A DNA stretch of 64,000 nt from Actinomycetota bacterium (GCA_030838475.1 JAUZFP010000054.1:48850-112849); one strand, 5' to 3'. Counted from the stretch's first letter, positions 1-10,625 are shown. Notes: generated by a model not told the origin, from the sequence alone. Numbers and translations are program-made.

Positions 1-2
1 AA

Positions 3-107
3 CTGGACGGGGATTCCGACCGAGTCGCGTGGCGTTTCATCGACGCGGGCCAGGTGCCAACCGGGCCGTGGACTCGTCTGGTGACGACCACTCCGGTGGA
101 GGAGTAG
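3..107 (+). CDS. 3' end of a gene running in from the left edge (product not identifiable)
   Basis: Open frame ...LDGDSDRVAWRFIDAGQVPTGPWTRLVTTTPVEE* ending at TAG 105-107, followed by a GC-rich hairpin at about 117-165. Confidence 0.4.
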   Translation: MDGDSDRVAWRFIDAGQVPTGPWTRLVTTTPVEE

Positions 108-300
108 CCCCGACTGCTGCGGCATCCGCAGAATACCCGCCGGGACCCGCATGGATGCCCGCAGCCCGTTGACCACCCGGTGGTACGAGACGAGATTGGG
201 CATCGTCAGGCGCATCCCCCGATAGAGCGCCTGCGCACGCCCGTGGAACCCGACCACGAGCGTGGCCTCACCGAGGCAGCCCGCCATGAGAGGAACCCCC

Positions 301-3300
301 GTGAACCACTCGCCGAACCAACCGCGCCGTCTAATGTCCCTCGCATCCGTCGCCTTGGTCCTGGCGCTCACAGCAGCCCTCTCCCTCGCAGGGCCGGCTC
401 TCGCAGACGATTCGACTGCGCCGGACCCGGCGGGCACGCCGGTAGTAACCCCGATCGATACCCCGGCTCCGGACCCGGCTCCGGTGACCGACCCAGCGCC
501 GGATCCTGCGCCGGCTCCAGCTCCTGCACCAGACCCCACCCAGGCACCCGCGCCCGATCCCACCGTGGACCCGACGCCGACACCGGATCCCACAGACACG
601 GCGACACCGGATCCCACTGCCACTCCAGACCCGACGGTCACCCCGGCTCCGACACCAACGGTGTCCCCCTCTCTTCAATCCTTCGCCGCAACGCTGGCGC
701 CCGCGTCGCCGGTAGTCGTGACCTTCACCTTTGACGACGACACCGCCGACACTGTGAGCGCCGCCCCGATCATGCAGGCATCCGGAATGCACGGTACGTA
801 CTACACGAACTCGGGCACGATCGGACTCCCCGGGTACCAGACCAGGGCGAACCTGGCGTCGCTCTACGCGGCAGGCAATGAGATCGCCGGCCACACGGTC
901 AATCACCCCGACCTCACAACGCTGCCGACCAGCGAGGTGCAGCGCCAGATCTGCGTCGACCGCGACACCCTGCTCAGCTGGGGGTACCCGGTGCAGAACT
1001 TCGCGTACCCGTTCGCCGCGACCAACAACACGATCGACGGGATCGCGCAGGCCTGCGGGTACAACAGTGCCCGTAACCTCGGAGACATCCAGTCCCGGTT
1101 CGGGTGCGCGGGATGCGGTTTCGCCGAGTCGATCCCGCCCTCGAAGCCGTTCGAGCTCGCCGCCCTCGATGAGGTCGACAACACCTGGACCCTGGCCGAC
1201 CTCGAGTCGACGGTCACGAACGCGCAGAACAACGGCGGTGGCTGGGTCATCCTGACCTTCCACCACGTCTGCGACGGCAACTGCGATTCGCTGGCCGTGA
1301 CGCCCGCCCTGTTCACTCAATTCGTGCAATGGCTCGCCACCCAGTCGGCCAACGGCACGACCGTGAAGACGGTCGCGCAGGTCATCGGCGGAACGACAAA
1401 GCCCGCGGTGACCGTGCCCCCGGTAACAACCACCGCGACCGTGACGAACCCGAGCCTTGAAACGCTCACCGCCGGCACCAACCTCCCGACCTGCTGGGCG
1501 GAGGCGGGCTATGGCACAAACACGGCGACCTACAGCACCGTTTCCCCCGGCCACACCGGAAACATCGCGGCACGACTGGTCGTAACCGGCTACACCGACG
1601 GTGATGCAAAGGTCATGCCGAGCCTCGACCTCGGTACGTGCTCGCCATCCGTGGTCCCGGGAAATGCCTATCAACTCGGCGCCTGGTACCAGTCGACCGC
1701 GAATACGCAGTTCGAGGTCTACCTGCGAACGACGGGAGGAGCCTGGGTCTACTGGGACTCCAGCCCGTGGTTCTCGCCGGCCACACCGTGGACCCACGCC
1801 ACCTGGAACACCCAGCCCATTCCGGCCGGGTACGACGGCATCGACTTCGGCCTGAACCTGTTCTCCAACGGGACTCTGACGACCGACGACTACTCGCTCG
1901 CGCCCGCGGTGACACCGCTCGCCACTACCGCGACAATCAACCCGGCCGCGCCCGATGGAGCGAACGGCTGGTACAAGTCGCAGCCGACGGTGACCCTGAG
2001 CGCCTCGAACACCGGGTCCCCGACGACCACACAGTATTCACTCGACGGCGGCACGACCTGGCTCACCTACACGACGCCGGTGACCATCCCGACGAACCGG
2101 ACCACGTTCGAGTACCGCTCGAGCACGGCGAGCCAGACGGAGGCGGCACAGACGATCACCTTCGCGGTCGACACCGATCTGCCCACCGTGATCGCGGCGT
2201 TCGACGGGAACCGCACCTACAGCGCGTTCGGCAGCGACCCGACGTCCGGGCCGAATCTCATCCAGTTCTCGAAGGATGCCGGCGCGACGTGGAACACCTA
2301 CACCGGCCCGACGGCGACCGACAACGGTTCCCTTGCGCTGCAATTCCGCGCGATCGATGTGGCAGGCAACATCTCGCCCGTCGTGAGCATCAGCGAGGGC
2401 GCCATCACGACGGCGACCGTCTCGCCGGCCGGACCCGACGGCCTCGTCGGGTGGTACAAGACCCACCCGACGGTGACCCTCTCGGCGGGCACCCCCGGAG
2501 CTGATCAGGTGACGCAGTACTCGTACGACGGCGGCGCGACCTGGGCCACGTACACGGTGCCGATCGTCGTACCGGATGGACGGTCGACGGTTTCGTACCG
2601 CACCACGGGCGCCGGTCACATCGAGGCCACCCGAGCCGTGGGGGTGTTCTCGGTCGACACCACCCTGCCGGTCGTGATCCCCGTCTACGGCGCCACGACG
2701 CACTCCTACAGCGCGACCGCGACTGACGCGATGTCTGGCGTGGTCAGCATCGAAGAGACCATCAACGGAGGTCCCTGGATTCCGTACCCCGGGCCGACCA
2801 CCGTCAGTGCATCGATGGCGCTTCAATTCCGGGCGACAGACTCCGCGGGCAACGTCTCGACGGTGGTTCCCTTCACCATCGGCGACCCCACGATCCCAAC
2901 CACGACCGCGGCCGTAACGCCATCGAGCCCGAACGGTAGTGCCGGGTGGTACACGGTCGATCCGTCCGTGCTGCTCGCGGCGAGCGCAACCGGGGGCGAC
3001 GCGGTAACGCAGTACTCGTTCAACGGAACGACGTGGATCACCTATGCGGGAGCGATCACCGTTCCCGCCGGCGCGTCGACGCTGTCGTATCGCACGATTG
3101 CGGGCGGTTCTACAGAGGCCACCCACACGCTGTCGTTCACGGTGGATCTGGATCTGCCGACGGTCATCCCCGCGTTCAATTCGGCGACGCGCACCTGGAG
3201 TGCGACCGCCACCGACGCCACATCCACGGTCGGCGGCATCCAGGTTCGGGTGCCGGGCGGCGCATGGACCGCATACGCGGCACCGGTTGCCATCGGTAAC

Positions 3301-4980
3301 GCTTCGCTGTCACTCGAGTTTCGGGCAACGGATGTCGCGGGCAACGTCTCGACGGTCGTGTCGCTGAAGGTCGGAGCGATCAGCTCCGCGTCGGTCGCCC
3401 CCGCCGCTCCCGACGGTGGGACGGGCTGGTACAAGACGGCCCCGGTGGTGACGCTCTCCACCGGTGCGGCCTCACTCGGATCTCCGAGCGCGGACCAGGT
3501 AACGCAGTACTCGTTCAACGGGAGCACCTGGCTCACCTACTCTGGCGCGTTGACGGTCCCGCAGGGAGCCGCGACGCTCAGCTACCGTACGGTGGGTGCC
3601 GGCGTTACCGAGGCGACTCACACCCTGGCGTTCAAGACGGACACGATCGCGCCGACGGTGGTGCCGGTCTTCACCGTGGCGACCCGCACCTACAGCGCGA
3701 CCACCACCGACGCGAGTTCCGGTGTGGCAAGCACGCAAGTGAGCGTCAATGGTGGAGCCTGGGCGACGTACGCCGGTCCGACTTCGGTCGGCACGGGTTC
3801 CGTCTCGCTGCAGTTCCGTGCAACGGACGTCGCTGGCAATACCAGCGCTCCGGTGTCGCTGTCGCCCGGCGCGACGATCACCGCCGCCATCTCCCCCGCC
3901 GCTCCGAATGGAGCGAACGGCTGGTACGTCACCGCACCAGCCGTGACCCTCACATCCGGAGCGCTTCAGGCCGGTGAGACGGTGCAGTACTCGTTCAACG
4001 GTTCGACCTGGTCGAACTACTCGAGCCCGGTCGGCCTGCCCACGGGCACGGACACGATCCAGTACCGCACCTCGACCGCTAGCATCTCGGCGGGTTCGTT
4101 GTCGGCACTGGTTGACCTCGCCAACCCCACGGCGACCGCTTCCTTCAGGTCGACGACTCGAACGGTGACGGTGAAGTCGGCGGATGTCGGCTCGGGCGTC
4201 GCATCCACTCTCTGGCGAGTGGGAACCGGCGTCTGGACGACTTACAAGGGTCCGTTCACTGTCGGGTCAGCGGCGACAACCCTGCAGTTCGAGTCGACGG
4301 ATGCTGCGGGTCGCGTCTCGGCGGTGTCGTCGCTCTCGATCCCGAAGGGTGTGGTGATTCCCGCCTCGACGGTCACGTTGTCCATTGACCCGGCATCGGT
4401 TCCGTATCTCCAGGCGGGTACCGCTCACGTGACGGTGACTGCCGGCGGCAAGGCCGCGTTGGGTTTGACCACTGTCACGGTCGACGGCAAGACCTACAAG
4501 TCGGCGCTGTTGATCGCCGGCAAGGCGACGGTGAAGCTCGCCAAGACGCTTGCGGTCGGCTCGCACGCCGTTGTCGCAAAGTATGCGGGCGGCGTCACCG
4601 CCCTCGCCGGGACTTCGGCCACGCAGACGCTGAACGTGAGTAAGGCGACGACGACCGTCACGCTGAGTAAGGTCTCGAGCAGCACGACGCTGGCGGCGAA
4701 GTTCACGAGCGCTCACGCGAAGAAGCCTTCCGCGAGGACGGTGCAGGTGAGGGTGCATATCGTCGGCAGCAAGTCTGTGCCGAAGGGCAAGATCGTGATC
4801 ACCGTGAACGGCAAGAAGGTGAAGACGGTATCTCTCACCGCGGCGCGGTCGGGCAAGGTTGTGCTGACACTTCCGAAGGTCGCGAAGTCGGTGAAGAAGA
4901 TCACCGTGAGGGCGAAGTTCATGGGAACGAAGTCCCTCAAGTCGGCGAAGAGCAAGAAGCTGGTCATCCACCTGCCATAG
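301..4980 (+). CDS. Large secreted polysaccharide deacetylase (NodB/CE4) with CBM-like domain, multiple Ig-like repeats and Lys-rich C-terminus
   Basis: Signal peptide ending ALA-DD; Pro/Thr/Asp linker; CE4 motifs TFDD, GHTVNHPDL, FAYPF, LTFHH; repeated P-x-G-x-x-GWY beta-sandwich modules. GTG start at 301 inferred from upstream GAGAGGAA (ORF track starts at 262). Confidence 0.85.
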   Translation: MNHSPNQPRRLMSLASVALVLALTAALSLAGPALADDSTAPDPAGTPVVTPIDTPAPDPAPVTDPAPDPAPAPAPAPDPTQAPAPDPTVDPTPTPDPTDTATPDPTATPDPTVTPAPTPTVSPSLQSFAATLAPASPVVVTFTFDDDTADTVSAAPIMQASGMHGTYYTNSGTIGLPGYQTRANLASLYAAGNEIAGHTVNHPDLTTLPTSEVQRQICVDRDTLLSWGYPVQNFAYPFAATNNTIDGIAQACGYNSARNLGDIQSRFGCAGCGFAESIPPSKPFELAALDEVDNTWTLADLESTVTNAQNNGGGWVILTFHHVCDGNCDSLAVTPALFTQFVQWLATQSANGTTVKTVAQVIGGTTKPAVTVPPVTTTATVTNPSLETLTAGTNLPTCWAEAGYGTNTATYSTVSPGHTGNIAARLVVTGYTDGDAKVMPSLDLGTCSPSVVPGNAYQLGAWYQSTANTQFEVYLRTTGGAWVYWDSSPWFSPATPWTHATWNTQPIPAGYDGIDFGLNLFSNGTLTTDDYSLAPAVTPLATTATINPAAPDGANGWYKSQPTVTLSASNTGSPTTTQYSLDGGTTWLTYTTPVTIPTNRTTFEYRSSTASQTEAAQTITFAVDTDLPTVIAAFDGNRTYSAFGSDPTSGPNLIQFSKDAGATWNTYTGPTATDNGSLALQFRAIDVAGNISPVVSISEGAITTATVSPAGPDGLVGWYKTHPTVTLSAGTPGADQVTQYSYDGGATWATYTVPIVVPDGRSTVSYRTTGAGHIEATRAVGVFSVDTTLPVVIPVYGATTHSYSATATDAMSGVVSIEETINGGPWIPYPGPTTVSASMALQFRATDSAGNVSTVVPFTIGDPTIPTTTAAVTPSSPNGSAGWYTVDPSVLLAASATGGDAVTQYSFNGTTWITYAGAITVPAGASTLSYRTIAGGSTEATHTLSFTVDLDLPTVIPAFNSATRTWSATATDATSTVGGIQVRVPGGAWTAYAAPVAIGNASLSLEFRATDVAGNVSTVVSLKVGAISSASVAPAAPDGGTGWYKTAPVVTLSTGAASLGSPSADQVTQYSFNGSTWLTYSGALTVPQGAATLSYRTVGAGVTEATHTLAFKTDTIAPTVVPVFTVATRTYSATTTDASSGVASTQVSVNGGAWATYAGPTSVGTGSVSLQFRATDVAGNTSAPVSLSPGATITAAISPAAPNGANGWYVTAPAVTLTSGALQAGETVQYSFNGSTWSNYSSPVGLPTGTDTIQYRTSTASISAGSLSALVDLANPTATASFRSTTRTVTVKSADVGSGVASTLWRVGTGVWTTYKGPFTVGSAATTLQFESTDAAGRVSAVSSLSIPKGVVIPASTVTLSIDPASVPYLQAGTAHVTVTAGGKAALGLTTVTVDGKTYKSALLIAGKATVKLAKTLAVGSHAVVAKYAGGVTALAGTSATQTLNVSKATTTVTLSKVSSSTTLAAKFTSAHAKKPSARTVQVRVHIVGSKSVPKGKIVITVNGKKVKTVSLTAARSGKVVLTLPKVAKSVKKITVRAKFMGTKSLKSAKSKKLVIHLP

Positions 4981-4992
4981 CTTCCCAGAGTC

Positions 4993-5029
4993 GATGCGGT
5001 CCCGGGATTAGGGTCTTCGGGGCCGCATC
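4993..5029. terminator. Hairpin between convergent genes
   Basis: GATGCGGTCCC...GGGGCCGCATC inverted repeat. Confidence 0.5.
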
Positions 5030-5065
5030 TTCGCGCCGGTCGTGCTTCGACGGTCTGGCCTTGGG

Positions 5066-6467
5066 TCAGGCGGCGAGGACCAGTCGGTTTCGGCTTGCGG
5101 GTTTCCAGGCCCCGTCGTCGTTCTTGTCGACGCCGGCTCGGATGTAGGGCATGCCGTCGATCATTTTGATTTCGAATGCTCCCTGATGGAGGGCGTGATG
5201 GTGGGCCGGGCACAGCAGTACCCCGTTGTCGATATCTGTTGGTCCGCCGTTGATGCTGAAGATCACATGGTGGGCATTGGTTTGCGCGGCCCGGCATCTG
5301 CATCCCGGGACGATACATCGATCACCATCCCTGGCGATCATCGCTCTTCGTTGCGCCCGGGTGAAATATCGCTTGCGGGTGCCGTGGTAGAGCGGCAGAC
5401 CTTTGGAACCGACCACGACCGGACAGAACCCGTTCTCACACACCAGCTCCTGGATGACCGAGGCCGGGATGACCTCATCGGTTCCTTCGAGGATGCCGAA
5501 TCCGGTGCCCGACTTGAGGTCTTTGAGGGAGATGATCGCGGTGACCTCGCCGATCGTGCGCATGTCGGTGGGGCCCTCACGAGTCGCCTTGAGACCTGCG
5601 GTGAGCACACCCTCAAGGATGTCGGCACGCTTGCGCTCGAGGGAACGAGGGTCGACGATGAGCTCGATCTCCTTCCCGTCCCGCACTTCGATCACTCGTT
5701 CCGCTCGGGCGAGATCGTCTTCGCTGAGGAACCTGGGGCCGACCTTCGGGTCCATCGAGTCCATGAACACCGCATCGAGGGCGGCCGAGAGTGTTGGACC
5801 TGCCTTGACGTTGTAGTTCTTGATCCCGTTACGCTCCCGGCCGACTGTGACCATCTGCCGATCCAGAATGTCCTCATACCGCGGCTCGATACCGTCGGGG
5901 TCCATCGCATCACGCCACAGCCGCCCGCTGTCGGCAACCAGGTCGGCGCTCTCCACGGTTCCCATCTGCACGAGCGCGAGTTCGGCCGCATCCATGTTCT
6001 CCGGTGTCGCCTGACTACCGCGGGCCGCCTGCTGCAGGCTGCAGGCTGCAGAGGATGGTGGCTGCGGTGTCAACACCGATCGCCCCGTGCCTCAACGCCT
6101 CGGCAACAATGGGTCGCTCCGGCGGGACAACCTCACCCAGCATCGACTGCCGCGGACGGACCGCCAACCCCACCCGAACTCGCCGTGAAGCCTCCGCGTG
6201 GGAGGTGCGGGTGACCTGCTCAATGAAGTTCACCGACTTCCGTTCACTGAGCCGCATCGAGAGTCCCGCGGCACCGAGCTCGTAGCGGGAGCGCTCAGCC
6301 ACCTCACCCGCAGTCAACACCCGCGAGGTGTCGATGAACCGTCCCACGCTCTCTTCAAGCTTCAGATGTGCGATCAACTCGTCGTCGCTCAGGGTCGACC
6401 GATCCACAAGCGCAACCCTGCGCAGCGCGGCTTCAGCCTGCGCCAGAAGGTCGAGTGATTCGGTCAT
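5066..6467 (-). pseudogene. DUF222/HNH endonuclease (13E12-repeat-family type), frameshifted
   Basis: N-terminal ORF (MTESLDLL...) and C-terminal ORF (RDGDRCIVPGC...HHV...GGPTDIDNGVLLCPAHH) lie in different frames. Removing one unit of (GCTGCAG)x3 at 6031-6051 gives a continuous 464-aa frame (...TILCSLQQAARG...). Confidence 0.85.
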
Positions 6468-6550
6468 AAATACACTCTTGCACACCGAACTGACGAACGG
6501 AATATGCCGGTCAGAAGTGGTTTATAAGTATTTCACATGACGGCTGTGGA

Positions 6551-6616
6551 GGAGAAGACGAACGCCCCAACTACCCCCGAATCGGAGAAGATGAGCGCCC
6601 CGACTACCCCCGAATC
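6551..6616. repeat. Imperfect 33-bp tandem direct repeat overlapping the ABC transporter stop codon
   Basis: GGAGAAGACGAACGCCCCAACTACCCCCGAATC and GGAGAAGATGAGCGCCCCGACTACCCCCGAATC, 30/33 identical. Confidence 0.8.
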
Positions 6617-8529
6617 GCGGTAGCCGGCTCGTGCCGACTTGCCGACCAAGCCGGCACCAGCGCGCTCACGAAGCCCGTCAGCAACCCGAGTCCGATGCCG
6701 ATCGGCGCGAGCTCCGGGGGAAGAACAGGCGTCCAACCTTGTCCGTGCGCACCAATGATTGCGGCCGCGCTCCCCACGACGGCGCCAACCACGCCACCGA
6801 TCGTGCCGATCACGAGTCCCTCGATCACGAACAGCCGAGCGATCGATGTCCGACTCGACCCGATCGCCCTCCGCAGGGCGATCTCCTGTGACCGCGACTG
6901 AACCGTCAGGTACATCGTCGTGGCCGCGCTGATCGACGCGAGGATGAGCAGGATGGCCGACAGGACGCCGACGAAGGTTCCGAGATCGCTGGCGACGCCG
7001 TATCGCAGGTTGCGCAGGTCGGCGACGGTCTCCACCGAGAACTGTCCGGGGTCCGCCGGGCTCATCGCAAGCGGAATCGCGTTGGCAAGGGTCGCGGGGT
7101 AGCCGAGGTCGGTTCGAACGACCACGGTGACGTTCACCTCGGGGTACCCGGCGATGACATCCGGCGACACGACGATCGTGTTGGTCAGTTCCGGCGATCG
7201 GGCGCCCGCGGTGAGCTGCCCGATCACGCTCACCCGGCGGCCATTGATCCAGAGGCTGGCGCCCGGGCCGGGCCGTGGAAGGCCGAGGCCGGTGCGGACT
7301 CCCGAGCCGACGAGAGCGGTGTTGGTGAATCCGGCGTCACCCAGCGCCGGAGCCGAGGCACCTACCGCACCGCCACCCTCCAGCTCCAGGTAACTCGGCG
7401 ACGCCGCGATGAGGGTGTAGTTCTGCGTCGGCGGCCCGTCGCCGGGGCTCAGTCTCCTGATCTGGGCACTGGTTGCGCCGACCTGTGCGACATAGCCGAC
7501 CACGCGCACGTGCGGCAGCCGTTCGACGGATGCGATCCAGCCGCCCAGTCTCGGATCCCCCGCCCGCAGAAGGTCGCCACCGCCGGGAACCGTGACTCGA
7601 ACCTCATCCAGCGCCGCCCGGGTCAGTCGTTCGGAAACCTGGGCGGATGCGCTCTCGCTGATTCCCAGCGACGTGATCAGACCACCGACGCCCAGGGCAA
7701 ACGCGAGAACCAGCATGAGCGTGCGCACCTTGCGATGGGAGAGAGCGGAGAGAGCATCCCCGACGTCGTCACCGAGCTGGTCGCGAAGACGGAACCGCGC
7801 CTCCGGACGGATCGCGCGCGCGGGTCGCGATGGCATCGGGGCGCTCCCCGCCTGCTCGTGGACGAGCCCATCGACGACGGTGATCTGGCGGTGCGCTTGT
7901 GCAGCGAGCGCTGGGTCGTGGGTGATCATGATGACGGTGGTGCCGCCCGCGTTCAGCTGCTCGAGGTAACTCATGACCCGCGCACCGTTCTCGCTGTCGA
8001 GGTTGCCGGTCGGTTCGTCGGCGAGCAGTACCTCGGGCTCGGCCGCGATCGCCCGGGCAATGGCGAGTCGCTGGCGCTCGCCCCCGGACAGCAGGCGCGC
8101 GGGCGATCCCGCGCGTCCCGTCATCCCGAGCCGCTCGAGCGCGCGATGCGCCCACTGCGTGCGGTCGCGAATCGGAACGCCCTGGATGCGAAGCCCCATC
8201 GCGGCGTTCTGCAGGCTCGTCTCGTCGCCGAGCATGAACGCGGACTGGAACACGAAGCCGAAGAATCGTGACCGCAGCCGGTCCCGCTCGGGTTCCGAGA
8301 GTTGTTCGACATCGGTGCCGTCCACGAGGTAGCGCCCGGCATCCGCGCGATCGAGTAGGCCGAGAATGTTGAGGAGGGTGCTCTTGCCCGCACCCGACGG
8401 GCCAACGATTGCCACGAACTCGCCTCGATAGATCGACAGCGAGACATCCCGGATGCCTGTCTTGTGCTCTGGATCGAACGTTCGCCGAACTCCGTGCAGC
8501 TCGAGTAGGGGCGCGTCGGCGCCGATCAC
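6604..8529 (-). CDS. MacB-type ABC exporter, fused ATPase and FtsX-type permease
   Basis: Walker A GPSGAGKS, signature LSGGE, Walker B LLADEPTGNLD, H-loop ITHD; C-terminal TM helices with RSQEIALRRAIG. Confidence 0.92.
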   Translation of the reverse strand: MIGADAPLLELHGVRRTFDPEHKTGIRDVSLSIYRGEFVAIVGPSGAGKSTLLNILGLLDRADAGRYLVDGTDVEQLSEPERDRLRSRFFGFVFQSAFMLGDETSLQNAAMGLRIQGVPIRDRTQWAHRALERLGMTGRAGSPARLLSGGERQRLAIARAIAAEPEVLLADEPTGNLDSENGARVMSYLEQLNAGGTTVIMITHDPALAAQAHRQITVVDGLVHEQAGSAPMPSRPARAIRPEARFRLRDQLGDDVGDALSALSHRKVRTLMLVLAFALGVGGLITSLGISESASAQVSERLTRAALDEVRVTVPGGGDLLRAGDPRLGGWIASVERLPHVRVVGYVAQVGATSAQIRRLSPGDGPPTQNYTLIAASPSYLELEGGGAVGASAPALGDAGFTNTALVGSGVRTGLGLPRPGPGASLWINGRRVSVIGQLTAGARSPELTNTIVVSPDVIAGYPEVNVTVVVRTDLGYPATLANAIPLAMSPADPGQFSVETVADLRNLRYGVASDLGTFVGVLSAILLILASISAATTMYLTVQSRSQEIALRRAIGSSRTSIARLFVIEGLVIGTIGGVVGAVVGSAAAIIGAHGQGWTPVLPPELAPIGIGLGLLTGFVSALVPAWSASRHEPATAIRG

Positions 8530-9641
8530 GATACGGCGATCTTGTCACCGGCGTGCAGTTTGTTGCTGCTGATCGCGGCCCATCCCCCGCCGTTGCGCAC
8601 GACGGTGATGCGAACCCGTACTAACCCCGCTTTGCCGTTGATCGTCGTCTGGCGCTCGACGTAGTCGCCCGCGTTGTCCTGGCGCACAGCGGTCAGTGGG
8701 ACGGCGAGGGACTTTGCGGTGGACCCCGACCCGAGGATGGTCACCAGGGTTCCATCGGTGAGCGCGCCGAACGCGGGGTCGGGCGACACCAGGTCGACGT
8801 CGCGGCCGGGGAGCTGCGTGCCGGTTCCGTTGGTGAAGCCGCCTATCGACTGGATGGTCGCGGCGAAGACCCGCGCGCCGGCCTGAACGGTCAGCTTCGA
8901 CCCGACCGAGATCTTCTGCGTCTCGATCGCATCCGCGCGGAAGGTTGCGTAGTTCACGCTGGAGCGAAGCTCGACGAGGGCGGTCTTGGCATCGAGCGTC
9001 GCACCAACCGCCGCGACCGACACGACCGTGGCACCCGCCGTTGCCACGGGCAGGAATTCCCGGAACGGGATGGCCGACCCGGCTGGCAGCTTGAAGCCGG
9101 AGGTCGCGAAGAGGGTACGGGAGGCGGCGATTGTCGCACTGTCCACTTTGCCGGTGACTCGCACGCGTGACCCGGTGGCGACGAGGGAGGTCTGGAACGC
9201 GGTGACGTCATCCCCCGTCGCGCCGACGGCGAGATCCCGGTACAGCGGCAGCGGCGCGGGCAGGGCAAAGTACGGCTCACCGGACACGACCCCGAGGAGA
9301 GCTCCGCCGGCGACGGCGTCGCCCGGCTTCAGGGTCTGCCGCGTTACGACGGCGGGGTCGGTTGCTGCGGTCACCGTCACGCTCGTGGTCTTGCCCGCCT
9401 TGATCGTCCCGGCGAACGATTCGCGCGAATCGACGACGCGATTCTCGACGGTGGTCAGCACCCGGATGGGTTTCTGGGCGGCCTCGATCGCATCCCTCGT
9501 CGGCGCCTCCACGAACCTGCCGAGCGCGAACGATGCACCGATGACGGCGACGAGCACCACTCCGATGACAGCCACGAGCCAGCGCTTCTGGATGCGCCGC
9601 AACCGAAGTGACGATTGCGGGTCACCAGGTCGGTCAGCCAT
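8526..9641 (-). CDS. Membrane-fusion/adaptor subunit with peptidoglycan-binding-like segment
   Basis: N-terminal TM; LYRDLAVGATGDDV..FQ motif; C-terminal LAVPLTAV...V-V; overlaps the ABC gene start. Confidence 0.75.
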   Translation of the reverse strand: MADRPGDPQSSLRLRRIQKRWLVAVIGVVLVAVIGASFALGRFVEAPTRDAIEAAQKPIRVLTTVENRVVDSRESFAGTIKAGKTTSVTVTAATDPAVVTRQTLKPGDAVAGGALLGVVSGEPYFALPAPLPLYRDLAVGATGDDVTAFQTSLVATGSRVRVTGKVDSATIAASRTLFATSGFKLPAGSAIPFREFLPVATAGATVVSVAAVGATLDAKTALVELRSSVNYATFRADAIETQKISVGSKLTVQAGARVFAATIQSIGGFTNGTGTQLPGRDVDLVSPDPAFGALTDGTLVTILGSGSTAKSLAVPLTAVRQDNAGDYVERQTTINGKAGLVRVRITVVRNGGGWAAISSNKLHAGDKIAVS

Positions 9642-10524
9642 TTTTGGCGATGTATTCGGTGGCCGTCTGCAGCCGTTGCTGCTTGAGCGCCTTGACCTTG
9701 TTGAGGGCGGCCTGGTTCTGGTCGATCAGCGGCTGCTGATACGCGGCCTCGAGGTTACCGAGCGTCTGGCTGAGTCCGGTCTGGTCGTTGCAGGTCGCTT
9801 CTTTGAAGGCGACTCGGATGGCGTTCTCCGGGTCGCTCAGGTGGCCGGTGCTGTCAACATCCGTCAGGAGCTGTTGTGCCTGCTTTGAGCTCCAGTCGTC
9901 GGCGCCGGTCTGTGGGTCGAGTCCGGCGGCGCGGAGGCAGGTCCACCATTTTGCTCGAGCGCGCTGCCATCCCGGGTCCACGGATGCCAGATTGAACGCC
10001 TCGGTCGCGAGTCGCGGAACGATGGATTTCGTCATCTCGGTATTGGAGGGCGCGAGGTTGGCGATCGCGGACGGCAGGTGCGCGTTGCAGTAGTCGAATG
10101 CTTTGTGCCACGCGGTGCCCTGGGCGGCGGCCTCCGCCTCGATCGCGGTTTTGATGGCGGAGTCGGGCGGGGTGTATCCGTATTTCTTGGCACTCGCAAC
10201 GTCCCACAGTCCGTACTGTCGGTCGCCGACCGAACTGTCGGGGCTGTCGACGACATGGGCCGCGGTGTAGGTCTGGCCGCGTGAGCTCATGCACGTGCCG
10301 ACGGCGATCTGTTGCGCCCGGAAGATGGTGTTCTGGTCCTGCCAGGTGTCGAGCACGTCATATGCGTCGAGAGGCAGGATGATTTCTCCCGTCGCATAGT
10401 CAAGTCGCGCCCGCACGCTCGGATCCTTGTCCGTCTGCGATTTCGGAGCAGCCACGCATCCGGCAAGCGCCGCCGTCATGAGTAGAGCCGACAGCAGGGC
10501 GAGAGCGCGCCTTCGTTTCTTCAT
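9634..10524 (-). CDS. Lipoprotein, first gene of the exporter operon
   Basis: Basic N-terminus, lipobox LAGC; paired CM..G and W..CL..G motifs. Confidence 0.8.
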   Translation of the reverse strand: MKKRRRALALLSALLMTAALAGCVAAPKSQTDKDPSVRARLDYATGEIILPLDAYDVLDTWQDQNTIFRAQQIAVGTCMSSRGQTYTAAHVVDSPDSSVGDRQYGLWDVASAKKYGYTPPDSAIKTAIEAEAAAQGTAWHKAFDYCNAHLPSAIANLAPSNTEMTKSIVPRLATEAFNLASVDPGWQRARAKWWTCLRAAGLDPQTGADDWSSKQAQQLLTDVDSTGHLSDPENAIRVAFKEATCNDQTGLSQTLGNLEAAYQQPLIDQNQAALNKVKALKQQRLQTATEYIAKNG

Positions 10525-10562
10525 TGCGGGTCTGAGTTCATCAGAGCGCGAATGCGGGCGCC

Positions 10563-10600
10563 TCGGCCGAGAGGACGGGATGTGTCGTCCTTTCGGACGA
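10563..10600. promoter_or_regulatory. Putative NarL-family response regulator sites (TCGTCC-N4-GGACGA), two copies
   Basis: TCGGCCgagaGGACGG at 10563-10578 and perfect palindrome TCGTCCtttcGGACGA at 10585-10600; related site at 12603-12618. Confidence 0.55.
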
Positions 10601-10625
10601 ACCGGCAGAAGGGGGCGGAACGGGC

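Noticed and set aside
6551-6616. 33-bp repeats as a CRISPR array
   Set aside because: Directly adjacent with no spacer, and overlapping a gene end
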